A stretch of 64,000 nucleotides of DNA from the human T2T-CHM13v2.0 reference genome, Homo sapiens (GCF_009914755.1 NC_060930.1); one strand, 5' to 3'. Positions 1 to 15,026 are shown, counted from the stretch's first letter. Notes: generated from the sequence alone by a model not told the origin. Numbers and translations are program-made.

Positions 1-1578
<1,578 letters not shown>

Positions 1579-1808
1579 TGTCTTTCTTTACATGGTGGCA
1601 GCAAGGAGAATAGTGAGCAAAAGGGGAGAAAGGCCCTCATAAAACCATCAGATCTCATTAGAACTCACTCACTACCACGAGAACAGCATGGAGGTAACTG
1701 CCCCATTGATTCAATTACCTCCCACCAGGTCCCTCCCATGACACATGGGGACAATGGGAATTACAATTCAAGATGAGATTTGGGTGAGGACACAGCCAAA
1801 CCATATCA
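1579..1808 (-). mobile_element. THE1C/D (ERVL-MaLR) LTR, 5' half, interrupted by the L1
   Basis: Ends ...gagatttgggtgaggacacagccaaaccatatca, the reverse complement of the THE1 LTR start TGATATGGTTTGGCTGTGTCC. Confidence 0.9.
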
Positions 1809-1970
1809 CTTTTAGTCCTTGCTTCCTTGGGGAATTTCTTTTTCTTATGTCCTATACCTTCAGTAACCTCATAGCCATATCTTCTACTAACTTCTCAGCA
1901 CATTGTAGAAAATATTGCTTTTAACCATTACGTTAGTATTTTTAAAATAAGAAAGAAAACTGGATTTGGC

Positions 1971-2004
1971 AAAAAAAAAAAAAAAAGAAGAAGAAGAAGA
2001 AGAA
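1971..2004 (+). repeat. A16(GAA)6 microsatellite
   Basis: Read directly from the sequence. Confidence 0.95.
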
Positions 2005-3679
2005 AGAGTTGTATAGTACTTCTATAATGTTTGTAGTAAAAGAATAGTTAATATTTTTGTTATTAGAAAATTGAAGTTACTCGTGGTTTCCCAAAGCTGT
2101 GATCTTACCTTTTATATTTGTCTTCAAACTCCCTACTTTTCTCCAATCCCTGATGTTTGAATCACTTCAGACTCTCAGGAAAAGGATTTTAGATGTTAGA
2201 AAGTTTGGAGACCAAATGCAGATTTATACGCAGTTCCAAATACAAACATGGAAGTGAAGATGGCCAGAGATTTTACTGTAAAATTAACCTACTTAGGAAT
2301 GTTTTAGCTTCCTGTATTAAAGGGCATAAATTCCTGTCTTAACAAATACACATATATGTTCATTATATGGCAAATGCCTGTTGATGCAGAAAGGTTGAGG
2401 ATGTGATATGCTGATAAACTGAACATTCTAGAAATGAATTCACTACATTCAGCACATGAAATGAAAATGTCCACGTTCAATGCAGAACACTGAGCAGTAT
2501 CACAAAGACTTTAATCTCTGGCAATCTGAAGGCACATCAGGGTCCACCCTCCAACCCTAGTCACCCCTCTCTGGGCATCAGCTGTCATCGTCCAGTGTTG
2601 TGGTCCTGGAGATTAGCCTGAAACTGCCTGATCTTACCCTGTGACTGCTCTGGAAATTGCACTTTTGAATCCACTCCCCAATAACTATTTGTTCACTTCA
2701 CATTTTTCCTTTATGCACAACGATCTAGTCAGAAGTGGGTGGAGAGAAACCCCCACCACTGGGTTGCTTTCGTTGCTGAGATAACATTGGGACTGAGAAC
2801 TGGGTCTTCAATGATGACTCATGAAGCCTGTGCTACCTCCACACTCCCGGTGGCTGTGGCTCTGGGAGCACACGTGGTGGCCTGGGCCTCATAGGTCACC
2901 ACCAGCAGGAAAGCAGCTGGGAGCCCAGCTCCTATGAGGCCCATAGTAGCCATCTTTGTATACAAAGACCTGCCTGTTTTGTGTCCATTCCAATACTGCA
3001 TTTAAGAGCCTTTCTGCCTTCTCTGGCAATGTTATGTGTGCTGAATACTACATGTATCAAGAAGAAAGGAATGGAAACCTCCATGACAGTATTCGGCTAC
3101 CTCTTCAGATAATTTACCCAAATCTTTCAGATACATTTAAACAATTCTTTTGTCTATGATTTAACTGTTACAAATAATGCCAGTGTTCAAATCTGAAAAT
3201 ATTCTTCACATAGCTGGCGTTGCCATTCTCTACTTACAATCCCACTGTGACTCTAGGCATATAATGTTCTTTTGCATAAAATGTTCTTCTGCCTTTATCT
3301 CTCTTCTCTGCTTCCTGCCAAGCTTCCATTCCAATGTCCCTCCATTCCCTTTCCAGTCAGAGACCAGGTGCTTCTCTGCCTGCCTTGCTAATCTCTCCTG
3401 CATCCATTCACCTGTCTCCATACCCCTGCTATTATCCTAGCCAGGGCTGTAATTTTTAGAGCTGAAAAGAACCACCTCGTCCAAGCCTTTGCTTTCGAAT
3501 GAGGAAAATCACCTAAAGAAATGAAGTTAATGGTCGTTGCTTCAGGACTGTAGCTTGAATATGACCATAACACCACCTTTCTCTAGACCTATACACACTA
3601 TCACACAGCCAGTGTCTCTCCACCTCAATACATCCTGCAGAGATTCCAGGCTGTTCTTTCTGAGCCACTGCCACTAGGC

Positions 3680-4200
3680 TCCTTCTCAGCTCAAAACCTT
3701 TAGTGATCCTCCATTGCCTCCAGAAAAAAATCCAAACTTCTAAAACTCACATTCAACCATCAAGCTCACTCTTCCCAATCCTACCCTTTAGATACACTTT
3801 GCAACCAAGTCAACTGACCTATTCATCCCCAGGTATTCTTCACCTGTCCAGGTGAGCTTTTACTCTCACACCTATGTGCAGGCAACTCACAAGTCTGGGT
3901 CCCACTCCTAGGTGAGAGCAAATATTGAGTGCCCCACTTTCCAAGAATGCCTTCCTGGTTCCCACCAATTAAAAATCATCTCTCCTCTACTATTAGTGAC
4001 ACAGTTTCTCATTCATATCTCCCTTATGTCACCCATTAGCTTGTATAACAATTTTGTGAACACACTCACTTGGATAGTCTCTGTAGGTCTAAAGCTTCTT
4101 ACAGAGAAGATCCTAGTGTGTTTCACTTTTGCATATAGTACCCACAACTCTTGCTTATAGCACCCACTCACCTAGGATTCAGAAATGAACCAGTTTGTTC
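3680..4200 (+). mobile_element. Degenerate L2 3' region
   Basis: ctcaaaacctttagtgatcctccattgcctccagaaaaaaatccaaacttc resembles the L2 3' consensus. Boundaries are approximate. Confidence 0.55.
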
Positions 4201-4548
4201 ATATATTTCCAAGTTATTAGCCAGTAAAGTTAGAACTCTCTAATTTCTCATAATCAAATGTTAACTTTTTGTTCATCCTTTTTGTTAGATGCAGTTGAGA
4301 TGGAGACGATATTATTTTTGTTAGGATACACAGCTGAACTGTTAGGATAAACAGTGTAACTGTCACCCACTTGAAGATATTTTAAATTAATTATATACTA
4401 GTAGACGTATTTGACATAAAGTGTAAAACAATGTAAAACATCAAATAAATAAAATTTTTCTTCTAAAGGAAGTCTCACCCCCACCCCTTCCATACACACA
4501 CATTTACACACAAAAGACTAAAGTTATCATAGAAACTCATCAAACGTT

Positions 4549-4567
4549 TACTGCCATCTTGTGGACA
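4549..4567 (-). promoter_or_regulatory. CTCF motif
   Basis: Minus strand TGTCCACAAGATGGCAGTA against the consensus CCASYAGRKGGCRS; one mismatch. Motif match only. Confidence 0.55.
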
Positions 4568-5164
4568 GACAGACATTAGCAAAATACCCAAAAGAAATAA
4601 CAGCCTTTTATTTGCCTAAGCGGCCTCTACTTAAATGCTGTGTGATTAAACCAAAGGAAGCAGCCTCTTCGTTAATTAAACCATTTGCCCAGAAAGTGGT
4701 TAGTCAATGCCAGGGAAGCCTTTGTTAATTGTTCTTTATCATTACAGAACCCTAAAATGGTTGTCAGAAATGTGCATACAAATTATCTTCATGTTCTCAT
4801 TCCGAATATCCAAGAAGGGGTGGGAGCAGGGGCAGGTCAGGAAAAGGTGACTGGGTACATTTGTATAGGCTTTGCTTCCTGGAGCAAAAAAGCACAAGAA
4901 ATCTTTTAATTAATGCATTAGCAATTAGCAGTTTGCACCCCAAAGTACACAATTTACTCTTGATGGTTCAACAGTCTCCTTGATAAATTGCTCCCAAACA
5001 AGTAGACATCGAAGATGAAGAAATGCCTGTTTCTCCACGTTACTGTAAAATCTGTGATTCACAGAAGGGACTACCAATGGCCATATTATTACCACTTGCA
5101 TATTGGAATTTAAATTAATCCATAAGAAATGGGCATGAAATAGGGCTAACAAAATAAAATATTA

Positions 5165-5350
5165 CTCAGCCTCCCGAGTAACTGGGACTACGGGCATGCG
5201 CCACCGAACCGGGCTAATTTTTGTATTTTTAGTAGAGACCAGGTTTTACCATGTTGGTCAGGTTTGTCTCAAACTCCTGACCTCAAGTGATCCGCCTGCC
5301 TCGGCCTCTCAAAGTGCTGGAATTATAGGCATGAGCCACCGCATCCGTCC
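5165..5350 (-). mobile_element. AluS lacking its 3' ~100 bp and poly(A) tail
   Basis: Begins abruptly at ctcagcctcccgagt and runs to the Alu 5' end. Confidence 0.9.
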
Positions 5351-5769
5351 TGGGAGGTTTTCTTTTTGTGTTAAATATAGTCCTTATTCAAATACAAAGC
5401 TGGACCATAGCTCCACACGTTTTCATGCTATTACTTTGTCTCCAGGGTACTTTATTGCTTTCTGCTGGCCTATAATGAAACTCATATGTGGCACTGAACT
5501 TAAAGAAATGATTTCTTATATGAATAAAACTAGATCTCAAAGAGAACCAACCAAGGTGTGTAGAGCAAAGCTGACCCATGTAGCAGGCACTTTCCCTGCC
5601 GTGTCCCCACCCCTCTGCCCTTCCCTGTTTTGGTTCTCTGGGCCTCAGGATCACTGTGTTTTGCATTTCTTTCTTTCATCCTTGCCTGCTTGTGTTAATC
5701 ACTCTAGGAAACTTGTTTAGACGTTAGCTGTCAGATAAGGCCATCCCCAGCAGTCAGAAGAGAATCGAA

Positions 5770-6737
<968 letters not shown>

Positions 6738-7060
6738 TAGGAGGGAGAAAAAGTAATATCTTTTTCTCACTCATCACAGTTCATGGCTGAGACCCCTATC
6801 ACAAAACACAAATTAACAAGAGGAAAGCATAGAGATTTATTTAACCTAACTTTTACCTGACACAGGAGACTTCGAAAATAAAGACCGAAAGAAATGAGGA
6901 TATCTGTGTATTTTTATGGACAGTCCTGCAGAAGTATGATTGGAGGACAAACGGGTATGATCTAATGATAACAAACTGGGGGAAGCGGAGCAAGGCCTGT
7001 TTGTTCAGATTCTTCTGGGCATCTCTGTGTGACAGCCTTTCCCCCCCAAGTACAGGACAG
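6738..7060 (-). mobile_element. ERV1 LTR fragment (MER93/MER39-like)
   Basis: catggctgagacccctatcacaaaacacaaattaacaagaggaaagcatagagatttattt resembles MER39/MER93-group LTRs. Confidence 0.6.
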
Positions 7061-8479
7061 GAAAGGGAATAATTAATGGTGAAAGCTCTAAGAGGAAGTG
7101 GGAGGAACAGGGGAGTATTTGAAATTAGCTTTGAATGGAAGGAAAGATATCTGGAAGTGAGGTTACAAGAAAAGATGGGTGTACATACAATTAAGTCTGT
7201 AGGTGGGAGGGTGAGAAGACGCTTCATTATCAACATGACAGTAATTAAATGCATCCTCAAACAGATCAGTTTGAAATGCCTCCTACTGTGAATAGACAAA
7301 CTTGTTACGGAAACATCTCAGGAGACTCCTTGCAGGAAGGATGGGTAGATAGATGCTCCGATTCCTCCCGGTTTCTGCTTTGCCTTTACTTCCCTAATTT
7401 CACCCCACCGCCAGTGCTAACCTATTTTCAACTCAGAGCGGTTCTTGCCAAGATAGGTAGTGTTCTTTTTCTACATCCATTACTATTTTATCTTCTTGAT
7501 CGCCTTCATCAGTACACATTTTCATGAGAATGCTTCCATGTTAGGTTTTATGAGAAGCCATGGAGGCTGCCTCCTGCCTTCTGTACATTGGTGATTTGAC
7601 AAACAACAGTGATCTAGATGGAGGAGCTAAATATTAAACACATGACAATGCCATTGAAGATTATCTCAATTCTATGTGTGTGTGCGCACGCGTATGTGTG
7701 TCTATACGTAAATTTGGGGAGGGGAGGGGTAACCATTGCCTCCGTTTGCAAAGCTCAGTGCTTTCATTGGCGCTACCTTTTCATCCCAGGACAGTTTTGC
7801 TCGCACACACCAATTGTAGCTCCTTTTAAGGCGCTGAACTCTGATGTGTCGGCTGCTAGTATTGCCTGGAAACCAGCAGCACTGTGGTCATTCTTCAGGC
7901 TCCCTTTATATTGTTCTGGTAACATCCCCTGCTGTGAAGATTTCTCTGGCTCTGTCTGCTACAAATGTAGGGGATAGATATAATGCTGTCTCAGTCATTG
8001 TCACCTTTCTGAGCAGTACAGGCACGCTATGCAACACACGTGCAGTCAATTTAATAGGCATGACCGCTCTAGAAACTTTGGAGAAACAGCCAGCCTGGCC
8101 TCCTCACAAACTGTCTTTATTGGCCAGATTTCCACACTCAGAACCATCTCTGATTGTTTCTGTCCTGTTAAATATGAAATTGAGAAGTTCAAATGACAGC
8201 AAAGTGAAGCTTTTTGTACTTAAAGGTGTTGAAACTTACTCTTGACAAGGTCTATTTTAGGCTTTCATTTCATAAAAAAAAAAAACATGATCCACAATAA
8301 ACTTTGATGACCCCACACATTGATCTGTTAGCAAGATCATCGCCTCATTTTCCTGCTAGAATCATCAAACACAATCTGTTCCTTTGGGGAGTGCTTTAAA
8401 AACATATAACCCTAATTGGAACTGTCTAGAGGTGTTTTGTTAGTTATCTTTCAGCCCCTTCTTTAAAAGCTGCATATTG

Positions 8480-8690
8480 CTACTGATAAGCACAGAAACT
8501 TTGGAATCAGACAGACCTACTGACCCACCCAGATATGTCACTCCTGTCCCAAACCTGTCTTCATCTATCAGAAGGCCAATACTATTTGCCACCCTGTCAC
8601 AACTGTGTTATCATCATGTACTGAAACCCTATAGGGAAAGTAACTAACACAGTGCCTGCCTCATAGTGAGGGCTTGGTAAACATTAACTT
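8480..8690 (+). mobile_element. MIR
   Basis: actttggaatcagacagacct...aacacagtgcctgcctcatagtgagggcttggtaaac. Confidence 0.65.
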
Positions 8691-8700
8691 AGGGAAAGAC

Positions 8701-9290
8701 TTTTTTTTTTTTTTTTTTTTTTACTTTAAGTTCTGGGATACATGTGCAGAATGTGCAGGTTTGTTACATAGGTATACACGTGCCGTGGTGGTGGTTTGCT
8801 GCACCGATCAACCCGTCGTCTAGGTTTTAAGCTCCACGTGCATTAGGCATTTGTCCTAATGCTCTCCTTCCCTTGCCCCCACTCCACAACAGACCCCGGT
8901 GTGTGTTGTTCCCCTCCCTGTGTCCATGTGTTCTCATGTTCAACTCCCACTTAGGAGTGAGAATATGTGGTGTTTGGTTTTCTGCTTCCTGTGTTAGTTT
9001 GCTGAGACTCATGGCTTCCAACTTCATCCATGTCCCTCCAAAGGACATGATCGTATTCTTTCTTACGGCTGCATAGTATTCCATGGTGTATTTGTGCCAC
9101 ATTTTCTTTATCCAGTCTATCATTGATGGGCATTTGGGTTGGTTCCAAGTATTTGCTATTGTAAATAGTGTTACAGTAAACATATGTGTGTGTGTGTCTT
9201 TATAATAGAATGATTTATAATCCTTTGGGTATAGACCCGGTAATGGGATTGCTGGGTCAAATGATGTTTCTGGTTCTAGATCCTTGAGGA
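8701..9290 (-). mobile_element. 5'-truncated L1PA7/8, 3' end with poly(A)
   Basis: Poly-T followed by actttaagttctgggatacatgtgcagaa. Minus ORF MFTVTLFTIANTWNQPKCPSMIDWIKKMW matches the ORF2p C-terminus. Confidence 0.95.
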
Positions 9291-11078
9291 CTTTTATTGA
9301 GGGAAGACAAGGGGGAGGAGAAAGTAGGATACAGGTCCTGCAAAAGGAAAGAGCCTAGGTCTTTGTTCTGCTATATCCCTTGTGGGCTACTATAACAAGG
9401 AAAAATTCCTGTGTGTAAAAAGTCTTGTGTCAGGCAGAGTTTTTTACTTGGACTATTGAAGATTTTTTTTCTTTCTTTCTTTGTTTTTACTATATAAATA
9501 CTGTGACTCTTGCAACTGATCATGTTTTCCTCTTCATATTTTATGCCAGAAAGCCAACTACAAGCAAAACTCTTTTTTGATACTAATCTCACTTCTGGCA
9601 CTATCTGATTTTCATGCACATTTTTTCCTTGCCTTACTTTTTGTTTTTATTTTAAATCCATATGAGATAGCTATATTATGTGCAACCATGTAAGCTGCTC
9701 TAAATCACTTTTTGGATAAAGGATATCCTTGATAAAAAATAAATAATGGATAGCCATATTTTTCCCTTTGGGTTCTAGTTTGGAATAATCCATTATTTAT
9801 CTCAGAACTCAGCAAGTCAGAATCTTGCTCCAAGCCAGCAAAATCATCTAAGAGAATGCCCCAGAATTACTGCAGAGGTCACCTTTAGGCATGAATGGAC
9901 AATGCGTTTCAAATGGCCCATTCATTCTGTCCTTGGCACAGATGCTGTTGTGGATAATTATTTTGATGCTAATATATGTGTATATCTTTTTTAATGTGGA
10001 TACTAGACTGAAAAATTGGACTGAGACCAATAATCAACAGATGGCAATCACTCGGGGTCATGACTATTCTGGGCCACATTTTCACTGGTGACTTTCAATT
10101 ATATTGAGACTTATAGTCCCAATCTGGCCTAGCAGTATCTCCCCCATTGTCTGCATACCCACTCAGCACCATCCCACTGTGACAGTCTGTGAATACTCTC
10201 CTTACAAGAAAAAAGACTTTCCTGTATGTGACTGCACAAGAGTCCCAAAGTAAAGATTGTAGAAATATTTCACCATCAGTGAACTTGAAATATCCTGTAT
10301 TTTTATTTCTTAGTGTTATTACACTTAGTGTAAGTGATGCTTCAAAACCTATTCTTTTTAAAAAGCATCTGTCTCAAGGAGTATCATTTGGAAATAGCAT
10401 GAAAAAAGTGTCGTAGGTCACTGCAAAAGTAGATTTGACCTGTGTCAGTCATATTTGAATGATTCGGTTTAATCTCACACTTTGCTATTGAACACATACT
10501 CTTTTCAAGCCACTCTGTGTGTGCTACAGGATGACAGCTCTGAAGGAGTCCATGATTCAGGTGGGTACAACATTGTCTCATTATGATATGTAATACGGAG
10601 GACATAGTGATGAGGATTTCCCATCATGCCTCCCTTTACTGTTTAGAGCCATATTCATGCAATAATAGGAAGCAGCTGAGGCAGCTGTCATCCCAGAGGC
10701 AGCTCAGTCATGCCCCAAATACCTTGGTTGGGACCTCTTGAACAAGAGTGATAGGATATGCAACTCAACCTAGATTAAGCAAAAATGGGGAATTTACTGG
10801 CCAATGTAATGGAAAACTCAGGGCCTGGAAGCTACTTCAAAATATTTTAATCTCATGACTCAAACAATGTCACCAGGATCCCATCTTCCTCTCTCAGAAC
10901 CTGTAGCTCTGCCTGCCTGTGCTGGCTTCAGCCTCAAACACATCCTGGCTACTTGGCAGCCCCAGAAGCTCTATTGTTACTTCCTTACAACTATGAGGGA
11001 AAAGGCATCTTCTCTTTCCCAGTTGCTTCAATACAAGTTCTGGGATTCATTCCGATTTGCTGAACTTGATCATCCCCA

Positions 11079-11730
11079 TATTAGTTTGCTAGGGCTGCGT
11101 AACAAAGTACCCCACACTGTGTGGCTTAAACATCAGAGATATATTGTCTCACAGGTCTAGAGGCCTGAAGTTGATCAGGATGTCAGCAGAGTTGGTTCCT
11201 TCGGAGGCTGTGAGCCTCTGCTCCCTGCCTCTCTTCCAGCTTCTGGCAGCCCTGGCCTGTGGCTGGCTTTCTCTCTGTCTTCACATTATCCTCTTCTATG
11301 TGTGTCCAAGTTTCCCCTTTTATTAGGACACCAGTTATCCTGGATTAGGTCCCACTCAGTGATTTATTTCATTTAAACTTGATTACCTCTATAAAAATCC
11401 TATATTCAGCCAGATGCAGCAGCTCATGCTTATAATCCCAGCACTTTGGGAGGCCGAGTCACGTGGATCACTTGAGGTCAGGAGTTCGAGGGCTCCAAAC
11501 AAGAAGAAGGAGAAGGAGAAGAAGAAGGGGAAGAAGGGGGGAGGAGGAGGAGGAGGAAGAGGAGGGGGGAAGAGGGGAAGGAGGAGGAGGAGAAGGAGGA
11601 GGAGGAGGAGGAGGAGGAGGAGGAGGAGGAGGAGGAAAAAATGTATATCGAAATAAGGCCACAGTGTGAAGTAGTAAGGGTTAAGACTCCAACCCATCCT
11701 TTTTAAGGAAGACACAATTCCCCATAACAA
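11079..11730 (-). mobile_element. MLT1B/C solo LTR, interrupted by an Alu remnant
   Basis: tattagtttgctagggctgcgtaacaaagtacc...gacacaattccccataaca. Confidence 0.85.
11408..11641 (+). mobile_element. Internally deleted Alu with a (GAA/GGA)n tail
   Basis: Alu positions ~1-83, then ggctccaaac and a 141-nt pure-purine tail. Degenerate TSD aaaaatcctatattc / aaaaatgtatatc. Confidence 0.85.
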
Positions 11731-12626
11731 CCCCTAAACCAAACACTATGCAAGAGGAACAAAAAGCACTTATTGGCTGCTTCCAGATCACTTGAGCAAC
11801 CCCAGAGCTGACAGTGGTGTCACCTCCTTAAATATAAGGGGTAAGAGTGAAAAAGGATTTGTTCTCCCAGGAAAAATCAGACTAATCTACCCAAAGAAGG
11901 AGAACCAGATGCTGAGTAGGCAAAAGCAATATTAATTATAGTAAATATTTACATCAAAACAAAGGCCTCAATCTTATGTACATACCTACATCTGACCTAC
12001 ATATGAGTAGCCAGATACATTACTGAGTGCATACACTGTATTATTTAAATAGAATCATAGCATTCACATTTCTCTCTACTACTCCACTGGTTAAGAGAAG
12101 TTTTGCATTTGAGCATCATTTTAATAAGATGAAATTGCATTGGGCTGCTTAGATGCCAACAGTGGGGAGGGTAAACCTAACAAGAACAAGAAGACAATAT
12201 TGATCGCCTGCTTCCATCAGTTACCAAAGAACAAAGCATCGATGGTTGAGGAGCAGAGGGATGGGCATGGCATCACCTTTGGCTGGTGTCTGGCCGTGGA
12301 TGAAAGCAGGAAGGAGCAGCTATCAGGCAGGGATGTTGAATTTACAGCAGGGGGTCTTCCCATCCCCCTCTCATGTCACAGTCAGTGTTACGCATCAACC
12401 AAGGCATTTGTTTCCATTGAGCCTCCGCAGAGCTCAGAACCAAGCATGTGTGTGGTCTCGGTGTCTGGCACACCCAGGAGTCATGCAGCGCACCTCTTCA
12501 TTCCCACACCTAGCAGCCAAGTGCCAGTTTCTTCAGGCCAGGCTCCAGGTAATCTTTACTACCCAATCAGAATTGGCTCAAGAAATTCAAGCCACTTGCC
12601 TTCTGGGCCTTAAAGCCTCCATCGGG

Positions 12627-12939
12627 CCTTCTAAGATTTCTTTTTTTTGGTGGGGGGAGTGGGATGGGGAGACAAGATTTTGCTTCGTTGCTCAGGCTGG
12701 AGTGCAGTGGCACGATCACAGCCAGGCACAGTGGCTCATGCCTGTAATCCCAGCACTTTAGGAGGCCAAGGTGAGAGGATCACTTGAGCCCAGGAGTTCA
12801 AGACTAACCTGGGCAACATAGTGAGATCCCTGTCTCTACAAAAAAAAAAAAAAATTTTAATGAGCCAGGCATGGTAGCATGCACCTGTACTCCTAGTGAC
12901 TCAGGAGGATGAAGTGGGAGGAACCCTTCTGATATTTCT
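12627..12939. mobile_element. AluJ with an inverted 5' portion, bounded by one TSD
   Basis: Minus-strand 3' end (12642-12722) is fused to plus-strand positions ~1-200 (12721-12924). TSD ccttctaagatttct / ccttctgatatttct. Confidence 0.85.
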
Positions 12940-13992
12940 GCCCTAAGAGTGCTTCCTCTCCTGATCTCTCTTAGGCCCATCTTGTTCCTGGATGCTTATT
13001 TTATATGCATCCAAATATGCACAAGACATATATTCAGTATCACCAAATAGTAGTTTTATTGTATGTAATAAATCCTTGGCTTGGCGCACTCTTATATAGA
13101 TTAGAAACAGTATTCTTTATGTCAATGAATGTCACCACTTCTGTCAAGTACTTCTAGTTTCTACAGGCTCAAGAATACCTTTTCTTGACAATGGTTCAGG
13201 ATATAGGCTGGTATTCTGCCAGCCTTCTCACTGTTAGTTCATTTCTTTAATAGCATCTTGGTGAGAGTCTTTTCAGAACCCAGGGACTCCAGCCTCCACC
13301 CCTTCTATTAACTAAAAATCCCTGAATAACCCTCCATATGGTGCCGGCATGGCATTTGATAAATACCTTGCTGATTATTTATCTGACTTTACATTTATTT
13401 TGACAGATTGAGCACGTTAGTCTGTATTGAAACTAAGCTCTTGTTGTAAATATCTTCCTACGGCTCTCTGGCGCTGTGTTGAGTGATCTACTGAACTTCT
13501 GCCACAGCAAACTTGGGGGAAATGAGGAAAAGGAAGGCACACTCTGAAACAAAAGCAGACAAAAGCAATTCTGAAAAGCAAGAAAAGGGACAGAACTCCA
13601 TTGGAGGTCCTGGTGAATATATTTGTACCTTCTGTCAGCACGTCTCGTGACTGTAAACTGCTGTAACTACCAGGATCAATAAAGGGCAAGGCCTTGAGAT
13701 AGTAATTATGCTAATTGGTAGTGACTAGAAAACACGCAGGCTGCAGGATAAGCAGACAGTGTCTTGGGAGAAACAGACACATTTGTTAAGAAGGGCAAGG
13801 TCTGGTAGGCTTCGTGAGACTTTTCCTATAATCAGTTTTCTAAGAAACACCACGTGCATCAGCCAACATAGTTTGAGTTCTTCCCTCGGTAGAAGATTGT
13901 ACCAGGCACTGTAGAAGAATATCCAAGAAAGAAAGACTCAGCACCTGCCTTCTGGAAGCTTACAGCTTAGCTCATTCTCCAGGCATGCCCAA

Positions 13993-14031
13993 GCACGTGC
14001 ACACACGCACACACACACACACACACACACA
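13993..14031. repeat. (CA)n-rich alternating purine-pyrimidine tract
   Basis: 39 nt of strict R/Y alternation. Confidence 0.9.
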
Positions 14032-14080
14032 AATTGAAAGACATTTTTACTGTATAAAAAATTGACAAGAACTGAGAATC

Positions 14081-14383
<303 letters not shown>

Positions 14384-14660
14384 TTGAGAGAACTAAGAAC
14401 GTAAATACCAGAATGCTATCAAAATGAGAAGGGACCAAAGTCAAGTGGTTTGTAGGTACCATGTTTGAGATGGAGCTTTGACTAGAGACTGGATGAAGGC
14501 ATCTCAAGGCAAGAGATTTTTGTTCTTGGTAAAGAAAGTTAAGAATCTCTGACACAGAAGCTTCCCAGTTGTCATTGTATTACAGTTGCGAAAAACACCT
14601 TATTAGATGTGGAAGTTTAAAAGCTATCATTTACCATGTCCATGAATGTAACATGGATAC

Positions 14661-15026
14661 TGCAATGAACTGAAAGTTTGTGTCCCCACAAAGTCCGTAT
14701 GTTGAAATCCTAACTCTCAATGCAATGGTGTTGGGAGATGGGGCCTTTGGAAGATGATTAGGTCCTGAGGGTGAAACTCCCACAAATGGGATTAGTGCCC
14801 TTATAAAAGGAACTGCAGAGAGTTCTCCAGTCTCTTTCTACAATGTGAAGCAACAATAAGAAGACAGAAGTCTGCAACCCGGGAGAGGGTCCTCACCAGA
14901 ACCCACCCATGCTACCACCCAGATCTTAGACTTCCAGCCTCCCGAACAGGGAGAAATAACCTTCTGTTGTTCATAAACCACCCAGTCTATGGTACTTTAT
15001 TATAGCAGCTCAAACTGGCTAAGACA
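14661..15026 (+). mobile_element. MLT1A0 solo LTR
   Basis: TG...CA termini (tgcaatgaactgaa...ctaagaca) with a 5-bp TSD gatac/gacac. Confidence 0.9.

Larger units (their letters stand above)
10745..11930 (-). mobile_element. ERVL LTR (LTR33-like), interrupted by MLT1
   Basis: aactcaacctagattaagcaaaaatggggaatttactggccaatgtaa on the left; gatgctgagtaggcaaaagcaa on the right. Confidence 0.55.

Noticed and set aside
11389-11730. Poly-Arg, -Gly, -Pro and -Leu ORFs
   Set aside because: Translations of the (GGA/GAA)n tract.
13522-13650. 42-aa sORF ending EYICTFCQHVS, resembling a zinc-finger start
   Set aside because: Only a CxxC half-motif before a stop, with no supporting exon structure.
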